This document shows, piece after piece, positions 57,007 through 64,000 of a stretch of 64,000 bases of DNA. Origin of the DNA: Schmidtea polychroa (lineage: Eukaryota); contig CM097887.1 in assembly GCA_044892525.1 (NCBI GenBank), forward strand, positions 72,540,001 to 72,604,000, given 5' to 3'. Position 1 is the first letter of the stretch. Each line of letters begins with the position of its first letter. Position numbers and translations under genes: made by a program. Under the pieces are notes generated by a model. It did no database searches. It saw nothing but the letters and a program-made list of their open reading frames with translations, and was not told the origin of the DNA.

Positions 57007-58790
57007 TCAAGAATTTTGTAAACCAGATAGAATTCGGTTGTATTCGAACATGCCGATTGGTGTTACGATTGCTGTTTTTTTAATGTCCTTCTTTCTGATT
57101 GGAATTTGATGATAGGTTTTTTGCAGGTCAATTTTTGAGAAAATCTTTGCTTCTTTGAGTCTATTTATTATATCTCTTTTAATTGGCAGTGAGTATTTAT
57201 CTGGTTCTCTTATTTTGTTGAGAATTCTATAGTCTCCGCAAGCTCTCCGATTCCCGTTTGCTATTTGTTTGAACATTAGTCCTGATGACGAATCTGAATT
57301 TGATTGCGTTATTATATTGTTTTTCAGTAGTTCCTGGAAAATTTCTTTTGTGATGTTTGTCTTTTGTGGGTCTAATTATCTGACCTTTGCGTGCACTGGG
57401 TTGCCATTGGTTATAATGGCATGTTCGGTAGAGTGATTCGATTTTCCGTTGAAAGTTACTGGTTCGCTGAGTTTATCGAATTTTGCCAGAAGAGTGGTTC
57501 GATTGTTTTGATTGTTTGATGTTTGGTGTGTTTGTTTGGATTACTCCGATGTCTACTTTTGATATGTTCGTTGTTGTAATTTTGGCGGTTCCTTTATCTG
57601 TTTTGTGATTTTCAAATAATTTACTGTTTCGGCAGTCTACGATTAAGTTGTAATGTTCGAGGAAATTGGCTCCTATTTATGACTGTTGGACCTCTGCTAT
57701 TGTGAATGGCCAATTGTATTTTTTTGAATTTATTGTTAGGGTTAGTGTATGTTGGCCAAATGATTTGGTGCTGGAGCCGTTTGCAGTAGTTAGTGGTTTT
57801 CTGTGATTTTTGCATTTTTGTACATGTAATGGGGCAGTAGTGAGATTAAGGAACATATGTCGATTAGGAATTCAGTGTTATTTGTGTGCATCAAAAATGT
57901 ATTGCTTTTCTCATTGAATGTGTGTGCGATCAGCAGTGATGTTTTTAGTTTTCCTGCTCTATTTTGTGATATTTGCAGGGTTTTGTGCATTTATCTCCGA
58001 ATTTGTGTAAAAAAATTTATTTTGTTTAAAAATTTATTTATTGGTTCCCTTTTTGAGCTGTTGATTCTGTTGCTGCTGTAGTGATTTGGAGAATTTGACC
58101 GGTTTCTGTAGTTTCTGTTTGGAGATTGACTGCGGCTATAGTTTTGTCTGTTGTCTGTCTGATGGTTGGTTTGTGTAGTAGGTGTGTCTATTTTACCCGT
58201 CTGGTGATTGGTTTATATTAAAATTTTGTTTGTTGCATTTGTCTTTAATTTCGGCTAATTCCGCTTTTTTTTCATTTGTTTTCGACTATAATCTCGTCGA
58301 ATTTGCTCATTAAAGTGTTCATTAGTTTGTTCGACAATTCGTTTGGTTGCTACATATAGTCGGATAAATTTCTTCGTCTATTTTATCCGCTATGTCTGCT
58401 AGCATTTCTACGCCTGAATTACTGGTGGTTGTGAGAATGCGTGGCATTGGTCACATAAACATTTCTTTTGATCCTGAATTAGTGATATTTGGCTGGGAGT
58501 ACTCCAATTTTTATTTTAGTGGGCGGAGGAAATCTGTGAGTTTATTGTCACCTAGCTGTGTGTTGTTGAAGCATGATTCTAGCATTTGCCTCCTGCTAAA
58601 TTTTATTTTTGTTTGTTAGGATATTGCAGATCTTGGTGAACGGGGCTTCGCTTTTTGAAATTTCCTCCATTTGATCTGTGATTTCTTTTAGTTTTTTGCT
58701 TGGGAGTTGGGGTGTCCCGTTTTCGTCGCTAAAGTTATTTGGGATATTGGTTCTCGGGTTAATTACTGAATTTATACTGTGTATGTTGTA
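57007..58790 (-). mobile_element. Decayed CsRn1-like Ty3/gypsy fragment (gag, PR, N-terminal RT)
   Basis: MLADIADKIDE and the KFGDKCTKPC (CHCC-type) gag motifs; FLID..SLISLLP protease; RACGDYRILN..DKYSLP..IFSKIDL..YHQIP..KTAIVTP.G.FEY RT. Confidence 0.75.
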
Positions 58791-58957
58791 TAGTATAGAG
58801 CAGGGATGGCGAACCTTTTTTTGACTGCGTGCCAATAAATATGATTTTTATAAAATGAAAATACATGCGTGCCAATACAAATTATTTTTATTAAATGAAA
58901 ATACATGCTTTTAAAAATTATATATAGATTCATTTCTATAATATGCTGACATGTTTT

Positions 58958-60870
58958 TTAATGGGATTTTTGTTGCTGAATATTTCTCGATAATGCATCA
59001 ATATCCGGATCATAGTTTGACAATTTTAATGAAATACAAGCCTCCCCACATTCATCGGTAAGTCTGTTTCGTACATCAGATTTCATATTATTCATAATCG
59101 AAAATAGACTTTCACAGCTATACGTTGATGAAAATATTGTTAGAATAGCTAAAGACAATTTCTTCATCGCATTAAATGTTTCTGGGAGCGAACACCATGT
59201 CTTCAACAACATATTATTCATGTTTTCGTATTCTTCTTCATTTAATCTTTTTTTTCATTATTTTCTATTTCTTGCCTTAACTCTATAAATTTCAGCTTCC
59301 AAATAGAACTTGATTGAAACTCTGCCAACTGCATTTCTAAATTCTCCAACTGTAACCAGTCTAATTGATCAATTTTAGCAGTTTCCATATCAAACTTGTC
59401 TGGATATTTAATAAAGTTAATTAATGGTTGAAATTTTTTGAAATCTTGAAATCTATTAGCAAAATTGTCTTGTATGTCACTTATAACTTGGCTATAAAAA
59501 TTTATATTAATTTCATAGACTCCATGAATAGAAAATTTTTGAAGGTGATCTTTCAACAAAGGAAAATACTTAAAATTATTGTTGTCAATATCGCGTTTCA
59601 ATATTACTAATTTGGAATCAAAACCTTCAATAATATCGAACATTACATCAATTGATTTTCCGGGACCTTGCAATTTAATATTTAATTCATTTAAATGGTT
59701 GGAAATATCCGTTAAAAACATTAATTTGGTGATCCAGTTATTATCAAAAAGTTCAGGAAATTCGGTTTTTTCTTCATTAAGAAACATGATAATTTCATCA
59801 AAACATTCTACAAAACGTTGTAACACAAATCCTCTACTAAGCCAGCGTACGTGATTATACATTAACAATCCATGATAATTTGAACCTACCTCTTGTAGAA
59901 GCAACTGAAATTGCCGCTTATTCAAAGCTCGAGCTGCTATAAAATTTATTATTTTGGAAACAATACTTAAAATATCATCAAATGCTGCCAATCCAGACTT
60001 CGCACATAGAACTTCTTGATGAATTATACAATGAAAATTAATAATTGGATGCCCAACGTGTTCTTGAAAAAGAGATACAAAACCAGCTTGCCGTCCTATC
60101 ATTGAGGGAGCTCCATCAGTTGTAATTGACACTATTGTTGATGTATCTATCTCAGCTATTTGAAACGTTTTTATAACTGCATCACTAATATCTTTCCCAG
60201 TTGTTTTTGCTGATAAGGAAACTAGTGAAAGCAATTCCTCAACTATTTTTTCTCCTTTAGCATAACGAGCAATTATGGACAAGCGAGCTGAAGATGTTAC
60301 GTCGGTACTTTCATCAAGACATATAGAAAATAGATTTGCTGAACGTATATCATTTATTTTTTTAATATTAATATTTTTATGCATTTTTAATATCCTGTCT
60401 TTAACAGTATTTCGACTTATACTTAATTCTTCAATGCGCTTAAGTATCTGCTCTTTATTTTGAAAATCTTCAAATAAATGTGGTGCACATTTAATGAAAG
60501 CTTCTTTAATATAATCTCCATCGCTAAATGGTTTGCTATGAGTAGCAATAGTCTTGGAAACCTCAAAACTAGCAGAAACTAAATAATTTGTATGTTTCAA
60601 AAATGTAGTGAATGAGTTTGATTGGAAATTTTTATTTTTAACTTCACGTGCAATATATTCTTTTTGTTCTGAATCACTTTTAGATAAAAGAAATGAATGA
60701 GTAGTTTCATAATGACGTTTTACTGAGGATGTTCTGCACACTACTGTATTTCCACACAACGCACACAGGGCATTGTTATTGCTTTTCATCATTCCATATT
60801 TATCAGTCCACCAATCTTGAAATGGTCTGTTAGAGCTGGCCTCTGTTTTCCTTTTCTTATTTTCTGACAT
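58958..60870 (-). CDS. hAT transposase (~637 aa) broken only by a 1-nt frameshift in an A-run at about 59250
   Basis: C..C....RHYETTH, SICLDESTDV, ITTDGAP, HCIIHQE, VRWLSRG, STYSCESLFS..RNRL. Adding one A joins ORFs 59242-60870 and 58958-59221. Confidence 0.9.
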
Positions 60871-61006
60871 TCTAAAGTTGAAACATATTATTTATTTATC
60901 ATTAAAATTGTTAATGAATTACCTTTTGAAATCAATTATAATTGTCTTCTAAAATTATAAATAGATTTTTTTTTATTAGCAAAAAATAATACTAAAATAA
61001 GAAAAC

Positions 61007-61178
61007 ACAATTTTCAATCGCACTTACAAAGTTTTTAACTGAACTGAATTAGAATTAGTGAATTTCAATTTTGGCGAGAATGCAAATATTAAAACAATTT
61101 TCAATCGTACTTACAAAGTTTTTAACTGAACTGCATTAGAATTAGTGAATTTCAATTTTGGCGAGAATGCAAATATTC
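61007..61178. repeat. Tandem duplication of ~85 bp in the hAT 5' region
   Basis: ACAATTTTCAATCG.ACTTACAAAG...GGCGAGAATGCAAATATT occurs twice. Confidence 0.9.
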
Positions 61179-64000
61179 ATATATATATGTATGTATATAT
61201 TTGAAAATCCAAAGCATACTATATTCATTTTAACATTTTTTTTATATTTAAAATTACATGTTCATACTTGTACATACCTATACCTACATACGCAAATAAT
61301 ATAATTATATTTTAACGTTATGAATAAAGGCGCCAGAAATCTGGAAGTTCGTTTTTAAATAACAAAATTTATGCATTAAATTTGAATTGAGTTCACAATT
61401 TTTTCAATATCAAAAATGCATTTGGATTAGTCAGTACATTACATATGTATGAAAATGAAAAATATTATACGTGCCAGCGAAAATTTATCTGCGTGCCACT
61501 TTGGGCACGCGTGCCATAGGTTCGCCATCCCTGGTATAGAGAATTACCCAATATAGTCCTATTATATTTTATATAACATACACAACAATAATAAAAATAA
61601 CAATTACAAATCCTAATTATAAATAAAAAATTAACGCCACACTACATGGTGCAAATTAATAAAAAAAATATAATTAATTTAATTACGGTTCGAAAGATTA
61701 ACATCCTTAGTGAAAATAGGAAACAGATGGTAATTCTAAAAATATATAGATATTAATTAATTTCAAATTAAAAAGGACAATTCGAGTAATATACACATAA
61801 AAATACAAATTAATTAAAAATGTTTTTAAAATATCATTAATGTAAAAGAGGAAAATAAAAATAAGTTTCGATTTTTGACAGTTTGAAAACTTGATACTCA
61901 TAGATTAATAGGGATTTTATGAAATAAGATTTTTTCCATAAGGAAATTATTTCAGATTGCTGATTTTGATCAAAAATTAATTGAATTGAGTGCGTAAAGG
62001 GATAAAAGATAAAGGGATTTCTTGAACTTAAAATTGTTAACGTTCAATTGCTATTTGTATTAAAAATTTAACCAAAAGATTTTGATGTAGTCTAGTTTAA
62101 TGCCCAGATATTTTCTTTATTGTGTGTTTATTTAGGGAGCGAGAACGAAATTAGGCAGAAACCTTCAATTGTCCAAGCTCAAATGAATCTCAACAGAAAT
62201 TCGACTAGAAACAATACAAATTCAAAAATTAATTAAAATTATTAATTATTCCAAACAAAATCTCAAAATGACTTTAAATACTTGTTAGTGAGATTAGGAG
62301 GATGCTAGTTTTTATTAAAATTCATTATTGAAAAAGTTTGTTTGCATAAGATCTGTCAACAATTCAGAACATTTTCATTGCAAATTCGGTGACATGTGAA
62401 ACTAACAATTGTTGATCTGGCTTCAAAGCGTGCCTTGGTTGACAATAATAATGAATTTCAGACAATATTAACTTTTATTGATCAACACAACTGATTAACA
62501 AATTTTCAGAGACACCAATAATTCCATATTACAATGAATATGAATGATTATTGCATCCTTTCCAGAGAAATATGAACGTCTGTAACAACTCGGAATTCAC
62601 ATTCTCTTAACTACTGTTCGACAATCAGTAGAATTATTGATTGTATCCCTAAATCCAAATTTTGTTTTACTTTAAAAATATGCAATCAAATAACACTTAC
62701 AAATAATTATTTTTACTTCCAGCACATTCTTTTGGATATTCCTTAGTTTTTCTGACAGCTGTGGAGAAATATCATTTTAAGAAATGTTATTTTTTGACTT
62801 CCATTTAAAATCTTTTTTGATAATAATTGAGATAATTCAATTTGTATTTTTGTTCTCGTTTCTATTTCCACTTAATAATTAAGAACCTTTTCATGTTTCA
62901 GTGTTTAACTTTATTGACTGTTGTTTCACTTATTTTAAATTCCTTCACTTATGTCACACTTTTGTTTTTCAGAATTCTTTAATAACCCATTCCTCATTTT
63001 ATACATTCAATAATTATTGAATTTTATTATTTATGTATCCTAAACAGTTTCAACAAATTAATTTTAACGTCCACTTTATTCAAATTTTTGCAAATATTTC
63101 AAATTTTTTTTGGTCAATTTACATTGCTAAAATTAGATGAGTTTTGTTTTATTTATTCTACTTTTAATACTAGAATTACCAGACCAGGTAATATGACTGG
63201 TTTTACACTTTATCATTAATTCATCAATTAAATTTTTATGAATTATATTAACTTTTCTAGTGATATAGATATAATTTTCTAGTGTAGATATAATGAGTTT
63301 TATTTTGTGTTTGCTTAATTATAGAAAGTTAATTATACCAACACAAGTTAAAAAATTAGTAGTTTTTTGGTAGTTCCAGTGTTATGAAAATTCAGATTTC
63401 GATTTCTGATCTTCACAACGGTAACCAAAAAAATGATAATACAAATCAACATGGAGAACTACTAATAAATAAGACTTTTTCACATCTGCCTCAGGATCTC
63501 AGCATGACGTCACTGCTAATTTTCAAATAATTTCTCTACTCACTCATAATTTATATTAAAAAACAAATTTTAGTTGAAATTTGTTTTACTGAATAGTTAA
63601 AAACATGTCGCAAAAATTTATCAAGTTTTATTGATCAATTTATCATAACAAAATAATGCAAACAAAACCAAAATTGTGAAGAAATCATCATATATTGATT
63701 CAAATCCAATCTCTATATTCACATAATTGATTACAAACTCATGTTCATGCTCAAATAATATTAATACAAATCCACATTATTGATTTCACTTGAGTCGATT
63801 ATTAATAATCATCGTTATTTATAGACAAAATTGATCCAAAACAATTAATCATTAAAATCAATCAATAAAAGTGCTTCAACAAATATTTCTAATAATTTGA
63901 AATCTATAAATTCAATAAAAAATCAGTAATTGACAAATTTCAAAATACATTCAATTCAAAATTTGAAATTAATCGATAACTGTAAGACTACATGTAAAAA

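Larger units (their letters stand above)
58801..61533 (-). mobile_element. Young full-length hAT transposon (Buster/SPIN/GTF2IRD2-like), 2733 bp
   Basis: TIR CAGGGATGGCGAACC at both ends with a perfect 8-bp TSD GTATAGAG (58793-58800 and 61534-61541). Confidence 0.95.

Noticed and set aside
61900-64000. Short coding-like patches near 62140-62470 and 62760-62990
   Set aside because: They contain stops in all frames and no recognisable motif or consistent splice pattern.

Overview
AT-rich eukaryotic (animal) genomic window with four N gaps and many 42-60 bp GT-AG introns. The overall picture is planarian-like; this is an inference, not established from the sequence. Host genes: the 3' exons of a cytoplasmic dynein intermediate chain (+), an RNF34/RFFL-like FYVE-RING E3 ligase (+), a pitchfork/PIFO-like ciliary gene (-) and a compact divergent TAF9-like gene (+). 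Most of the rest is nested transposable-element sequence: hAT, Tc1, MULE, Ty3/gypsy including a CsRn1-like copy, BEL/Pao, and solo LTRs with clean TSDs. Two systems stand out. (1) A giant Ty3/gypsy-type LTR element at 1-11059 (-). It has a 3.8 kb LTR, a tRNA-Pro PBS, one LTR splice donor with acceptors in front of each ORF, an intact RING E3-like ORF, a hierarchical 21-copy tandem array, and a Gag polyprotein (CA + 3 zinc knuckles) extended by three ubiquitin-like domains. Its LTR encodes an unrecognised protein ('ORF-X') that has five diverged copies in this window, three of them associated with the same conserved LTR box. (2) A ~2 kb mariner/pogo-type TIR element at 44289-46294 that carries no transposase but has uninterrupted fragments of four unrelated host genes (CSTF3, eEF1A, PRP19, RACK1), i.e. 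a Pack-MULE-like multi-gene capture in an animal. All protein assignments were made by eye from remembered family motifs; no database search was run.
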